Of a stretch of DNA of 64,000 bases, positions 37,165 through 49,898 are shown piece after piece (positions within the stretch are counted from its first letter, which is position 1; each line of letters starts with the position of its first letter). The notes below the pieces were generated by a model. It saw only the letters and a program-made list of their open reading frames with translations, was not told the DNA's origin and searched no databases. A program made the position numbers and the translations under genes. The stretch spans positions 2,839,659 to 2,903,658 of the forward strand of contig OZ316895.1 in NCBI GenBank assembly GCA_973895155.1, given 5' to 3'. The stretch comes from Marsupella aquatica. Taxonomy: Eukaryota > Plantae > Marchantiophyta.

Positions 37165-40125
37165 CTACTTCCGCCGAAGCTCTAAAGCAAGAAGTAGATC
37201 TAACTCCAAATTCCTTATGGGCCAACAGCGAATTTTCCTTCTGCGGCTCTCAAGAAGAACATTGCTTGATATTGACCGGCAGAAACATAACAGACCCTGT
37301 AGCAATCTCAGGTTAGTCAAACAGGAATGATAATCTCAAGAGAAACTGGAGGTCCTTCCCTTTCCGATGCCTTACAGTCGAGCAATAAAGGCTAGCACTG
37401 GAAGTTGGGAACACTACCCCGCAAATCCAAAGACCCAAGACCTAAAACATATGGAAATCGGAATAAAATTTTGAAATTTTCTGTGCCCAAAAAAAAAACA
37501 GAAAGATACAGGCACGGAAGGAGATAGGCTCGCCGAAGCTGCGCTCTACCTCTCGAGTCTGACTCTGCTGCAGGGACTTCTTGGAAACCATGTAAACAAT
37601 GAAAGGATTGCAATACCTAGGCTCAGAACACTCCCCGAGTCAACCTCAAACCACTAGGAGGGAGTCGAGCCGAGAGTCACATGTAGCTAAGGAAAAATCC
37701 ATCTCATCAAATGAACAACGACAAAGCTCACCAAAGCTACCTCAATAAAATTAAAGTCACATATGGTCCAAGTCATGTGCAAAATGGCGAGCTGCATGCC
37801 GGTCAGTTTTAAGCTGGCCAATACGAATTACACAAGAACTGATGCGGCTCCATTAGTACTACAAAGATGTAAACAACATGGGGCTCCAAATTATTATGGT
37901 CTCTGTCAGCCTGACATCAGCCACGTCGTAAGAATGCATGACCTGATAGACAATCCAACACTCTTATTCCGAAGTACTAAAACCTTTTGTAGGCCAACAT
38001 AATCGACCTGTTTCCGGGAAATGCAAATCCAGGAGTTTCACTCAGAAGGGCAGAAAAGTCCTCCAATACAAGTAGTAGCTACAGTTAGACCTCCAGCTGC
38101 TGATGATGTGATACTTGCACTTCTCACTGCAAGAGAAGTAAAAAAATTGTATGGAAATAAAAGCCAAATAGCTTATGTCGTCATTTTCTGAGTGCTTAAT
38201 ATGTTGTCCCTTATGTATTGTTGACGCTTCGGAACACATAGGATTAATGACAGTATAATTGAAGCAATAACCGAGTAGAAGGATATCACATACAATGAAA
38301 AGGACCAATCACATTACTGTCATGAATTTGATTGGGGTTCCCTGCGTAGCCAATGGGAGGTTGCAGAGGTCCCAAATATGAGGCTGTTGCAACCAGTGCA
38401 GCAGTGACTGTAATTGCGTCTGAATCAAAATTCATCTGCTTTTGGGCTGCTATAAACTTTTTCTCTTGTATCCCCCGCCATCAGGACAAGAATTTTGACT
38501 TTTACAAGTCTCCTCGGGGATATGGAACTTTCCCGAACAGGTTTGTTTCCAAAATATCACATCCATGCCGCGAGAGTAGAATGATACACCCTTGCCATTC
38601 TCGGAATATATCATCTACGGATTTATTTTTTCCTGGCTTGAATGGGAAGTGGAATCTTGTAAGGTCAAATCTAGGCTAAAACTGTACTCATGAACAAGTG
38701 ATGGAACACCCCAGACACTCAACTGCAACGCAAGAATGCATCAGCAACGTAACATCTGGAGACTTCAAAGGACAGAAGTATTGGCTCGCCAAAAACTCAA
38801 GGTAAAAGTTATGAACAAATTTCATATTCATTTGCACTTGAGTCCACCTATCTCCACTTAGAGGCGGGGACTACAAGTTAAATATTGCAATCAGTGCCAG
38901 AAATAGAGATCAAGGGTTTGCTGCCGTTCTTACAAGGCCAGGGAGATTGAGACCATTGAAACAATGATGGACACTGGTCCTACGAGTATAAAAGAAATGA
39001 TTCAATCCCATGAACAACACTCGGGCTCCAAAGTAATATAGTCGTGGTCATTCTGACATCATCTGCAATCTGAGGATGCGTGACCTCCTACACAATACAT
39101 CCAACACTCCTCCGCCGAAGCCCTAAAATCAAGAGGTGGATCTAACTCAAGTAGTGGTAGATGTACCCAGGCAACTTCCAATTACTCATGGGCAAAAACA
39201 CAAACGGTAAAGTCCAAACCTCGATTTCCATTTTCCTAATGGTGTTAGATGTGGCTCTCAAGAAGAAAATTGCTTCATATTGACCGGCAAACACAAACCA
39301 GACTCGGCAGCAATGTCAGGTTAGTCAAACAGGAATGATGATCCCAACACAAATTGGAGGTCTTTCCCTTTTCAATGCCTTATAGTCGAGCAGCAACGGC
39401 TTGCAGCGAAAGTTGGGATCACTATCTTGCAAATCCAAAGACCCATAACCTAAAACGTATGGAAATCTGAATAAAATCTTGCAATTTTCTGTGCCAAAAC
39501 TAAAATAACAGAAACATACAGGCACAGAAGGAGATAGGCTCGCCCAAACTTCGCTCTTACTTCTTGAGTCTGGCTTTGCTGTACAGACTTCTTGAAAACC
39601 ATGTAAACAATCTAAGGATTGCAATACCTAGGATCAGAACACTTCCAGAGTCAATCTCAACCTCTAAGAGGCAGTCGAGCCGAGAGTCACATGTAACCAA
39701 GAAAAATGCATTTCATCAATTGAAATGAAGAGAGCGACAATTTTACAACGTTCACCAAAGCTAGCTCAAACCTATAATAAAACTGAAGTCACATGTGGTT
39801 CGAAGTGGTGTGTCACTTTATGAAGTGATTCGGTTCCATGACTATTACAACAATATAAACGCTACGGGCTCCATATCAATATATTCTCTGTTATCCTGAC
39901 ATCCTCTACTCTCTTACAATGTGTGACTTCCTAGACATTTCAACACTCTTCTTCCCAACTACTAAAAGTAGTTGAAGACAAACCTAATCCACCTGTTTCC
40001 AGGAAATGCAAATGCAAAGAGTTTCACTGAGATCACAAAGACGGTGAAAAGACAGAGAAGTCCTCCAACACAAGTCGTAGCTATAGTTAGACCTCCAGCT
40101 GCTGATGATGTGGTACTTGCGCTTA
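37165..40125 (-). pseudogene. Decayed tandem duplication (~2-kb period) of an unidentified coding-like sequence
   Basis: 37245-38125 aligns with 39253-40125. Both copies keep the minus-strand frame GTEN.KILFRFPYVLG.GSLDL....PNF.C.PLLLD.KA, and a V.H....DVR.T..I..WSP motif occurs three times (~37900, 39050, 39890). Confidence 0.45.
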
Positions 40126-40366
40126 TTATAGGATTTACATATTTTTCCCATTTTTTCTCAGTTTGCCTGAGTGAAGGGCATGACTGCATCCAGAGGTTGT
40201 TGACTGTCACTTAATTGAAACTTTTGCAAAATGATACAGAACCAAATAGCTTCAGACTTCCTCTGTAGTATTCCTTCAGAAATAATACGATTCAAAGATA
40301 AAGTGAAAGAAGCAGGGAATCAGGAAAAACCTTCACTGATTGGTCCCCACCACCCTTGCTCTGCTG

Positions 40367-41336
40367 TCAAACTTTGAAGTTCCTGATTATTGAAATCGAA
40401 TCTAGAGTTTCTTGTTGCAGTTCTCTGTTGAATTTTCTCTGTGTCTCTTTAATTTTCATCAAAGTCAGAGATCCTACATGCCTAAATCCTTCACTAAAGT
40501 TCTCATTCAAAGTATCCTCAAAAAATTGAAGGGCAGACAATCGCGTTTTTTTAGATGCAGTTCGAGAAAATGGATGTGAATGAGAGTTCCTTGCCATCCT
40601 CAATCCTCCTATTGTTGCCCATTCCTTAACAACTCTAGAAAAGTTGATAGGATCTTTCATAAAGCACAGGACCTTCAGCATGCTTTCATCACCTTTGAAA
40701 TCAAGGTTGTCTTCCAAACTAGCCATCCCCTCATTTAGAATATCTGCAAACATCCCCTGGCTTTCTAACAGAATCTTCTCTTTTGCCTCCACCAATTCAG
40801 TTGGAACAACTGTATGTATCAAATCATCTATAATACTTGCAAACATACCAAATGTAATCTGCAGGTACCAACCTGCACCAGTCACCTGAACTCCATGTTT
40901 CTTGGCTTTCTTCTTGACCCAAGGAGCCAAATTATCCACAAGGTCAGCGTTAAGAGCACCCATGGAATGTAAACACTCATTGAAATCCTCCTCCAAGATA
41001 TAAAAAGCTTCTGCACAAATCACTGCTTGATGTGCCTCCAGTATATATTTGTGCTTGACATATGGTGACTGCCAATCAATTATCTTCTCCCCACCACTTA
41101 CTAAATCCTCCTTGACAACAATGGCATTTCTATTATTGACTTCTTTGTCCCCTGCTTGTCGAACAGTCTGTGATAAACAGACTGTTCATGCCTTCCTGTT
41201 CAATCTCTGACCAATCACCTGGTAAAAAATTGGCTTCCTTTTCTTTCAGGATAACAGGTAAACTCAAGTGAACCAATTTCCTCACCCTTTTCCCCACAGG
41301 AACTCTAGGAGAGAGTGGAGGTGACAAAACCTCCAT
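40367..41336 (-). pseudogene. Intronless ORF of unknown function (~320 aa) with one apparent frameshift near 41140
   Basis: MEVLSPPLSPRVPVGKRVRKLVHL... continues after a frame change into an open frame of >240 aa ending at 40367. Globular-looking composition, family not recognised. Confidence 0.4.
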
Positions 41337-41744
41337 AATTCTGAAGAAACAGAGAGAATGCCAACAACAGGAGTCAACAACACATGAAACCTCCATATTT
41401 ATGAAAAGACAGAGAAAATGCCAACAATAGGAGTCAGCAACCAGACTGGTATGACTATTCAATAATGTTATATTATCATAGAACAGTGAAATAAATCAAT
41501 CTACTGGTTTGTGCTGGTTATGTGTTAGGTGGTTAATCTTTGTGGTCTTCACACAGATCAATCCCTATGTACAGGTACAAGGTGGCTATCGATGATATGG
41601 TAGAGATAAAGTTCCTGAGAAAGGCGTTGGTTCTTTCAAATCAGGATTTGTTCGTGCTTCTTCGACGAGTTCATACAAGGGAGAATCGTCCAATACTGCT
41701 AATTGGTAGTCACCGTCCTCTAATACACAAAACAATTATAAAAG

Positions 41745-42155
41745 AATGAAGTGCTTTTATTGTAATCTTATGGGCCACCATATCAAAGGTTGCCGAAAGC
41801 GTCTTGCATAGATACAGTAAGTTGCAATCTAAATCGAGATCTAAATCACAAGCTCCACAAACCCATAAGACTTCTCATCTTTTTATTATCGGAGCATATT
41901 CTACTACGGGATCAGAAAACCAAGATAATACTTGGTATCTTGACACAGGCGCTACACATCACATGGCCTTTTCCAGTGATTACTTTTCGAATTACACTCC
42001 TTAGAAGCGACCTCTTTATGTTTTCCTTGGAGACAACTCCACTCAGGAAATTCACGGGACTGGTACACTTGAGATTCTCATATCCGAAGGCACTAGACGG
42101 TTTCTTTGAAATGTGCTACACACACCCGGTCTCAAGCAGAATTTATTTTCAGTTT
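41745..42155 (+). mobile_element. Ty1/Copia gag-pol remnant (zinc knuckle + aspartic protease)
   Basis: KCFYCNLMGHHIKGC (CCHC knuckle), WYLDTGATHHM (Copia protease), VFLGDNS...IHGTG, NVLHTPGLKQNLFS; contains stops. Confidence 0.85.
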
Positions 42156-45100
42156 GGAACACAAGGACCAACCCTAAACGCCCTTCCTGACTGCACTGTC
42201 CTCACTTCCGTGGCCTCGCCTTACAAAAATCAATAGGAGGCAGCTCATCTCTCCCTCCTCCTCACATTCCGGCCCTCTCCCTTCAAATTCATTCAATTCC
42301 ATTCTCTCTGCCACACAAAAAATTCCTCCACACATACACGATATAGAATTCAAATATCTCAGAAGAGTGAACGGTTAACACTTCTTACAAGTCCACTTTA
42401 AGACAGGTTTATCCGTTTCCCGTATCAAGGTTCCGTGGACTACAAACGAATTCTATTCAACTCTCTCTCCCAAACAAACACACCTCAACACACTCACAAT
42501 ATCGAACTAACAGACCTCAGAAGAGGTGAGGGATAGCATTTTATTGCGAGACCAAATCTGGACCAACTCTATATGAAAATCTGTAGAAACGGAAGCAGGA
42601 GACATAATACGATCCAATCTACGCACCGTTTCTGATTTCAGCAATTCTCTGGAGAAACACACGCAAGTCCAGAAGAGGGTGCAAGAACAGAATCTGTAAG
42701 TCGTGCGCGCCGGCAAGGGCGGGTGAGGAGGGCAGGGCCGAGCCGTTCCAAAGCCTCCTTGTCGTCGTCGTTGTCCTTCTTCCTCTTCTTCCTCGTCCTC
42801 TGCGCTCCTCAGAGAAAAATCAGGCGCACAACAGTAGGGAGAGACTACAGTCAAACAATTGTCCGAACTGAGCAGCTACAACAAATGCACTTCGCCATCG
42901 CATTTCGGGAGTACGAGCTCCATCGATTTGATCTGTCCGCCAGTGCCAAGGAGTGGTGCTCGTCTGCACCTTTGGACGATGCTAAACCATCAACGGGTTT
43001 TTCCAAAATCATGCACAGTGTACCGACGGTCAGCCGACGGCCGTCGGAAAACCACCGGTCCTTGGTACTCTTGGACAAACAAAAAATTTCATGACAAAAA
43101 ACATGCACGAATTTTCTCATCCAGATGATTATTCGTGGAGTTAAGGTCTCGAGTCTTCACTCTAGAAACCCAGGCCCAACTCTAGCCTATAGTTGACACT
43201 TTATAAGTAAGATGTGTACCCCCTCATTACATTTTTTAGGCTTTGTTTGAGTATGTATTTGGGAAGTAACCCCAATAGTTGACATAATGTATGTTATATT
43301 AGCTTTAGCTCAAGTTGTGAGAGGCAATTATGGTGCAAAATGTTCTGACTGGTAACACACATTATTTTGATGAGATAGTTTTACAATTTTTAGTGAAAAT
43401 ATAGTAGGAGAGATTACTTAACCAGCTCATCCAAATGTGATTCTGCAATTTTTTTCACAATGACCAGGAAAATGAGGGTTTTTAGCTTGAGTTTTGAGAG
43501 GCTAATATGGTCCGTAATGTTCTGCTAGCATTAAAACACTTCAGATCTATGAGATATTTTAACTAATTTTAGAACATTGATATTAAACCCAAGGCACAGA
43601 CTTATGTTATACATTAGTTGATTTGGGCACTGGATGGCACTATATTCAATCACTAAAGTGCCATGGGCACTGAATTTGAGTTGAGATGACTACTTTTTCA
43701 AGATCAATTGAGAAGTCTGATTTTCTCAACAATGAACCCTAAGTCTTCTAGTAGTTGAATTCTATTTGTAAAAGATTTGTCGCCCAATTTGTCAATGTAC
43801 TTTCAAATAAATGGAAATTTTGGAGATTTCACTGAAGTCTGACTTGGCAAGTTTTGAATTAGAGGTAGCCTCATGACCTTGACGCAACTATTCACCAAAT
43901 GGAGAAGGGCATAGCTTAAGCTTTGAGAAGAGAGAAGTATGATTAGAAAGGGAAGTTGTTAGTCATATATGTTGTGTTAGACAAGTACGACAGATTCTTC
44001 AGTTTGCATTGTTTAGATTAGATTTTCTCACTAAATCATTGTGGACCCCTTTAGCGATGGCCTGAGCAGTTTGGCCGCACAAATTCTTTGCTTTGCAGGT
44101 CAAAGTAGACGACCTAGTTATCACAAGCAATTGTCAAAATCAGGTCTTTTCGCAACATGCAACCAAATTCTCAAGCTAAGAGGGTCAGAATTCACTCCAT
44201 GGCAAGTCCATTGAAACCAGATCAATGTCTGATCAAATGAATTGTATCAGTTAGTTGAGTTCAAGTTCTGACCATAGCTAGCAGTTTGCCTTAAATAATT
44301 GCAAAAGGCCGGAAATCTTACTCCAGGTGCCAAAACTCTTTAACAAGGAAGTTAAAAAGTTAGTTATTAGTCATTGTTTATTATATGAAAAAACACTTTT
44401 AAAATCTTTGATTTTAATTTTTAGAATTGGAAACGTAACTAAAATGGTTACATAGTGACAGTTTTACCCGTCTTGCTCTTTGCATTTCTAATTTTTTATA
44501 TTTTCTTTTTACCGCATGGTGTCCCAAAATTTACACCCAAATTGTCGGAAACACGAATGAAAACTATAAGTTTCATTCATAAAAATCATGAGTCTTGTTT
44601 GTTGTGGTTGTTGTTGACGTGGCACGCTTTGGTGCCAGGAATTTTGGAAGGAACCCTTAATGGGGGTCCATAATAAGCCATAGTCATATGCTTATGAAGT
44701 TCATGAGACTCATAATTCAAGAACACCTAGAGCCTAGAGGTGGAACATCAAAGGGAATGAAGGGAATTTTTAACTAAGCAAAAGTTCTTGTACTCATTAC
44801 ATATTTAAAGCAAAAGAATGGCACGAAGACAAATTGGGAGAGATGATGAGCATAGAAATAGCATCACTACAATACAAAAAACATAAAGCATGTTCCAGGA
44901 TGAACATGCTATACATATAATGTACTCTGACTTATGAAGACCCTCATTTCTTGAGTTTTGTGAACATTTGGGGTAGTCCGTTATGCAGACATGCACTCCA
45001 CGATAGTCTAATTTGTGAAGCCTCTCATTTTATTGATTTTTGTGAACATTTTTTCCCCCTTAGGGCTGGAATAAATGGAGAAAAATTATGGAATCTGTCA

Positions 45101-45334
45101 GGAGATTTTGTAAAGCATAAAGGATGTAGGAATTTTACTATGTATCACACAATAATGTGCAAAATGTTTGTTTTGGGAGAATTGCAAGTGCAAGTGAAAA
45201 CTTGTTTCAAAGTGCCCCAAATGTATATGAATCATATTCCAGAGTGTGGCAAAAATCTTTCGTCATTCAGAATTTCTTTCTTTTTAGAGAATATTCTATA
45301 TGGTTTCTCCTTAGTATCATGGACCTTGTGCGCC

Positions 45335-45621
45335 CTCGGGGGGTTGACTATCAAAAATCTTATGACCCACGTGCGATCCAAAATAGGTATTTTTGATAGA
45401 AATTAACTAAGTTTTTAAAAAGCGTAGGAGGCAAAAGAAGGTATTATAAACTCATGTTTATAGAATATTCTCTAATATATACATTTTATACAGTAAAATA
45501 GGTTATTAATATTAAAAATGGAGAATATTCTTGGGATATTTTCTTTATAAAATAGGTCTATTTATATTAGGCTAGGATCGCACGTGGTACCCCAAAATAT
45601 AGACTTAGTTAACCCCCCAAG
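45335..45621. mobile_element. MITE subfamily 1, copy a (287 bp, 8-bp TSD)
   Basis: TIRs CTCGGGGGGTTGACTA...CACGTGCGATCC / GGATCGCACGTG...TAGTTAACCCCCCAAG; TSD TGTGCGCC/TGTGCACC; inverted homolog at 62924-63201. Confidence 0.85.
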
Positions 45622-47019
45622 TGTGCACCCCCTTAAAGGTGTCACATAGGGCTTTTAGTTAATTTTTGAGTTTATTAAGACTTATAATTATCTCTTTGTG
45701 TGTAATGTCAGTGTAGTTGAAGGCTTTAGCCTTAGTCAACTTTGAACCTCGAAGATTGAGTGAGAAATTAATAGTGATAGTTTTAAGGTACAGAGTAGTC
45801 TTTTGCGATATTTTAATCAAATCTTTGTAGGTCATGAAAAACTCTGATTTTTTAGTAAGTAGATAGATTTTTAAATAGAGAAGTCTACCCTAAAAATTTC
45901 AGGCAAAACGGACATGTCGTTAGGAAGTTATGGTCATTTTTATTCCGCATTTTAACACTTTGGCTCTTTAACGCTTGGAATAATTTTCTATTTTTTATGA
46001 CTTTATATTATATTGACATCTTTCACTATTTTATTAATAGACTTAGATTAGTCCAAAAAGTCAGAGTTTTTGCCAGGTGATAGATTATAGGTAGAGAAAG
46101 GCACTGGAAAAATTTCAGCACAAACAAAGTTCAGGTTAAATTTTTAAAAATCACAAAGAATATGTGTCTAATAGTTTTGTCGCGGAACCGCTAGGCCGCT
46201 AAGACGTTTTGCCGTTTTATCGCGTGTTGACCAGGAGAGTATTCCTGAGTGAAAAGGGGTACTCCTAAGTGAAAAGAAAATACTCTAAAATCTCTAATGA
46301 GGAGGAGGGTACTCCTGAGTGAAAAGGGGGGTACTCATGAGTGAAAAGAGGATACTCTAAAATCTCTAATGAGGAGGAGGGTACTCTAAAATCAACTAGG
46401 ATACTCTAATGTGGACGAGGGTAATCATATACACACGGGAAGTGGCACCTAGGATAATCTAAAATTGCCCAAGGTATTATATTATATTATGTTGGGATAC
46501 TCTAAAAACATCGAGGGTATTCAAAAGAAGGTGTAGGGTATACCAGGAAATTTATGATGTTACATAAAGTCTCTTCTTCTTACATCCTTTTTTGCTATGA
46601 TTTCAATTGTGTAATTGGCATGAGAACTGAGCTTTAAAGGGATCGAGTACCTGGATGCTACCTTATGCTCAAGCCGGTTGATTTGCTGGATGTTCGATAT
46701 GCCTTCTATGGTGTGTTTTGCTATTCATCTTTGGTGTCCCATTGGCTAGAGTCACCCCTGGGAGTGACACTCTAATTTCTAAAGCTGGGAGATGATGTTT
46801 GACTAGGAAAGCTGCTAAAGTCTTATGCTTGAGATTGTGTTGTACTCGGGACCTATGGGCTCAGCCCCTAGTTCCATTCTACAAACCAATTGATGGTAAG
46901 AATAGCAGCATAACAACAACAAAACTTATGGGGTATCCAGTAGGGTTTTCTCAGTGACCTGTTGGTTTGTTATCGGAATATAAGATCAACTAGAAGCTGT
47001 GGTGTGACTTCACATTCTC

Positions 47020-49293
47020 TGTCACTTGCCTATCCAACGATTAATACGTGCAAACCGTACTTTTCTTTGCTTAAACCGTTGGTATCGTATTACGGGGTCA
47101 TGGAGGGACGCTATTTGGAGGATTTCCACACCTAAGGATGAGTATGTTTGATTCCGCTCCCGGAAGTGTACTTTTTGATCAAGTCTACCGATTGGTCTCT
47201 CCGTTTTTGATCAAGTCCAAGGGACTGGCCCTACCATCTACAACTCATGCCCACCGGGTGAGTGCTGTCACCACCCCCCTCTCATGGGCAAGCATAAAAA
47301 TGTTTACAATAAGATTTGAACACTAGTGACAATGGCAAATGTTTCCACAACGAAACCGACCACATGCACTAGGGGAGGAAAATAAACAACACAAGCAACA
47401 ACAAGTGACAAACAAAATATTGGAACCTCAAGCCAAATCCATATCTCTTGGTGTTTCCCATAACACATGCAAGGACAACCCGGCCTCCTGCCGTCTGCCC
47501 AACTCCTGCCTCCCAGGGACAAGTGCTACGTTCTCCACCTCACTACTCTAGCTTGAACTTCTCCTAATCGGTGCGCTACTCACAAAAGCTACTCAAAAGC
47601 ATCAAAGCACTACGCTGAGTTCCCCCCCACTACTCCGGGGCTCTTCCCCTAAATACTGAAAAAAAAACACCAAAGCACCCCTCACGGAATGGCAACAATG
47701 GCGGCAACCCTAGCGGCGCCGCCAAAAACATCTAAGAGATAACTAACCTAAAGCATGCGGCACACACACACCATGAAAAACCCTAGCCCACTATGGTACA
47801 ACGGTGCTTTCGCCGGTACCAACCGTAATCATCCGTAGTCTCGGGGAAGTGAGGGGGCCACTCATGGTCAAAACCTCAAATATGTCCAACTACTCCCCTG
47901 AGGAGAGCCCTGGATAGCGCTGCTCCTCTTGACCCTAAAGCTGATTCCAACAAGCCCGTGAGTGCACCTTTCTGAAAAGTTTCACAATCCAGAGGTCGTA
48001 CGACCAAGTCCGTATGGCTACCTAGTCCTCCTCCTCCTCACTCACAGTGCCCTGACTTGAGCCCCGTGAGTTGGTCTCCTCATCAGTCCTCCTCCTCCTC
48101 ACTCATGGTGCCTTGGCTTGAGCCCCTCATGCGGCCCCGGCTCACAGGAGCTTAATTGCCCCCCTCCCTACGACCTTTTCCTCTTGGCGACGGTTGCGGC
48201 CCGGCTGCGCTGCGCCTCGCGGTGGCACCGTGCGCCCCTCTCCCGACTTGCGCCCCGGTAGCCTCACCCTCACCCTCGCCCACCCCCTTGCCTTGGTACC
48301 CTCGCGGTACCCTCTGCTCATGGTACCCTCCCGGTACCTCCTGCTCACGGTACCCCCCCTTGGTACCCTCCTTGCTACGGGACCCCCTGGCACTCAAGGC
48401 TCCTCCCGGCTCCTCCTGCCTTGGCTCGCGGTACCCCCGGCTGGGTACCCTTGGTACCCCCGGCTCCTCCTGCTCACGGTACCCCCACGGTACCCCCAGC
48501 TCACGGTACCCCCTTGGTACCCCCTCGCCTTGGTACCCTCGTAGTACCCTTTGCTCACGGTACCCTCCCGGTACCTCCTGCTCACGGTACCCCCTGGTAC
48601 CCTCCTTGCTGCGGTACCCCCTGGCACTCAAGGCTCCTCCCGGCTCCTCCTACCTTGGCTCGCGGTACCCCTTGGTTGGGTACCCTTGGTACCCCCGGCT
48701 CCTCCTGCTCATGGTACCCCCACGGTACCCCCGGCTCACGGTACCCCCTTGGTACCCCCTCGCCTTGGTACCCTCATGGTACCCTCTGTTCACGGTACCC
48801 TCCCGGTACCTCCTTCTCACGGTACCCCCCTTGGTACCCTCCTTGCTGCGGTACCCCCTGGCACTCAAGGCTACCCCCGGCTCCTCCTGCTCACAGTACC
48901 CTCTGGCTCGCGGTACCCTCCCGGTACCTCTCGGCTTGCTGCGCCCCGGCAGCCTCACCCTTCTGGCTCTCGGTACCCTCTAGCTCGCGGTACCCTCCTG
49001 GTACATCTCGGCTTGCTGCACCCCGGCAGCCTCACCCTTCTGGCTCTTGGTACCCCCATAAGAATCCCTATTTTATTCTCCCATAACGACAGGACCCAAG
49101 AGAGCAAAGGGTCAATTAAAAAAAGGTCCCTCCCGGGTTCAAATAGCTCCAGCCCTCCAAAGCAACATGAACCCCCACCGGGATGAGTAACTTTTAAAAA
49201 ATTAAAAAAATCTTGTATATTTTGGCTTATTTATTTACATGCATCATGCCAATAACACCTAACGATGACTTTATGTGACGGGGACCCCGTCAC
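47020..49293 (-). mobile_element. 3' LTR of element E (LTR A, ~2.27 kb) with GGTACC array
   Basis: Minus strand starts TGTGACGGGGTCCCCGTCACA and ends GGCAAGTGACA; homologous to 61391-62185 and to both ends of 57039-61390. Confidence 0.8.
48290..49060. repeat. GGTACC (KpnI-site) palindrome-rich higher-order array inside LTR A
   Basis: GGTACC roughly every 10-25 bp; ~235-bp higher-order unit anchored by GGCACTCAAGGCT at 48389, 48623 and 48860. Confidence 0.9.
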
Positions 49294-49329
49294 ATAGCTC
49301 CTCTCTTAATTGGGAACCCTAAACCTCTC

Positions 49330-49833
49330 TCACACTGCTAACTCTGAAGTTCCAATGGGTCGAAACTCCTTGACAAATAGTGATCTGAAAGTATTCCATA
49401 TGGCTTGATCTTCCACATCCAAGGCTCTGTACCAAGGCCTAGCCTCACCTTTGAATAGGCCGGGAAGAATTTGCATCTTGATGGCCGATTCTCCATTTGC
49501 TGCAACAGTTCCTTCGAAGTCATCCAACCATTCGTCCGGATCCTCATCTCCTCTACCATGAAAGGCCTTGTAATGAATACCTGACCGTTGGCTCAGTCTG
49601 GTCCCTGGCCTCTCGTCTGGCCGTGCCTCTGGTTCCCCCATGTCGGTTGGAGACTCACTTCTCCTTACCAACCCTTCTTCTGGTATGTCTTCTTCGATGC
49701 CACTTTCAGTTACGGAGCTACTAGCTCTTTCTGCCCCTCTCAGTCGCTGTGTATCATGCCAGCCGACAAGCTGCTGCAGACGAGCTCTCTCCCGTTGAAT
49801 CGCTCTTCCCTCCCTCGGTGTAGGTTCAGTCAT
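49330..49833 (-). pseudogene. Truncated gag (retrotransposon gag domain) of nested element C
   Basis: F.G...EDPDEWLDDFE.....N...K...LP..FKGEARPWY..L......W..F...F.KEF, directly downstream of a PBS. Confidence 0.85.
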
Positions 49834-49879
49834 TACCTACGCTTCCTTCCTAACTTCATATCTCACGGCTTAAGAAATG

Positions 49880-49898
49880 CCCCCTCCATCTAGCGCCA
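49880..49898 (-). promoter_or_regulatory. Primer binding site of element C
   Basis: Minus strand ...GCACCACA|TTTT-TGGCGCTAGATGGAGGGG: LTR end, short spacer, TGG-initiated PBS of the style seen in non-chromoviral (Athila/Tat group) Gypsy elements. Confidence 0.75.

Noticed and set aside
47003-47014. TGTGACTTCACA mini-palindrome just left of the TSD, resembling the LTR terminal hairpin
   Set aside because: Only 12 bp; cannot be distinguished from chance without other insertion sites.
48290-49060. CRISPR-like appearance of regularly spaced palindromes
   Set aside because: The spacers are themselves repeated, the repeat is only 6 bp, there are no cas genes, and the context is a eukaryotic LTR.
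48142-49186. Many overlapping 100-275 aa ORFs on both strands (also 57225-58151 and 61370-62079)
   Set aside because: By-products of the stop-poor GGTACC arrays: open in most frames and low complexity (RYP/GTP/VPP repeats).
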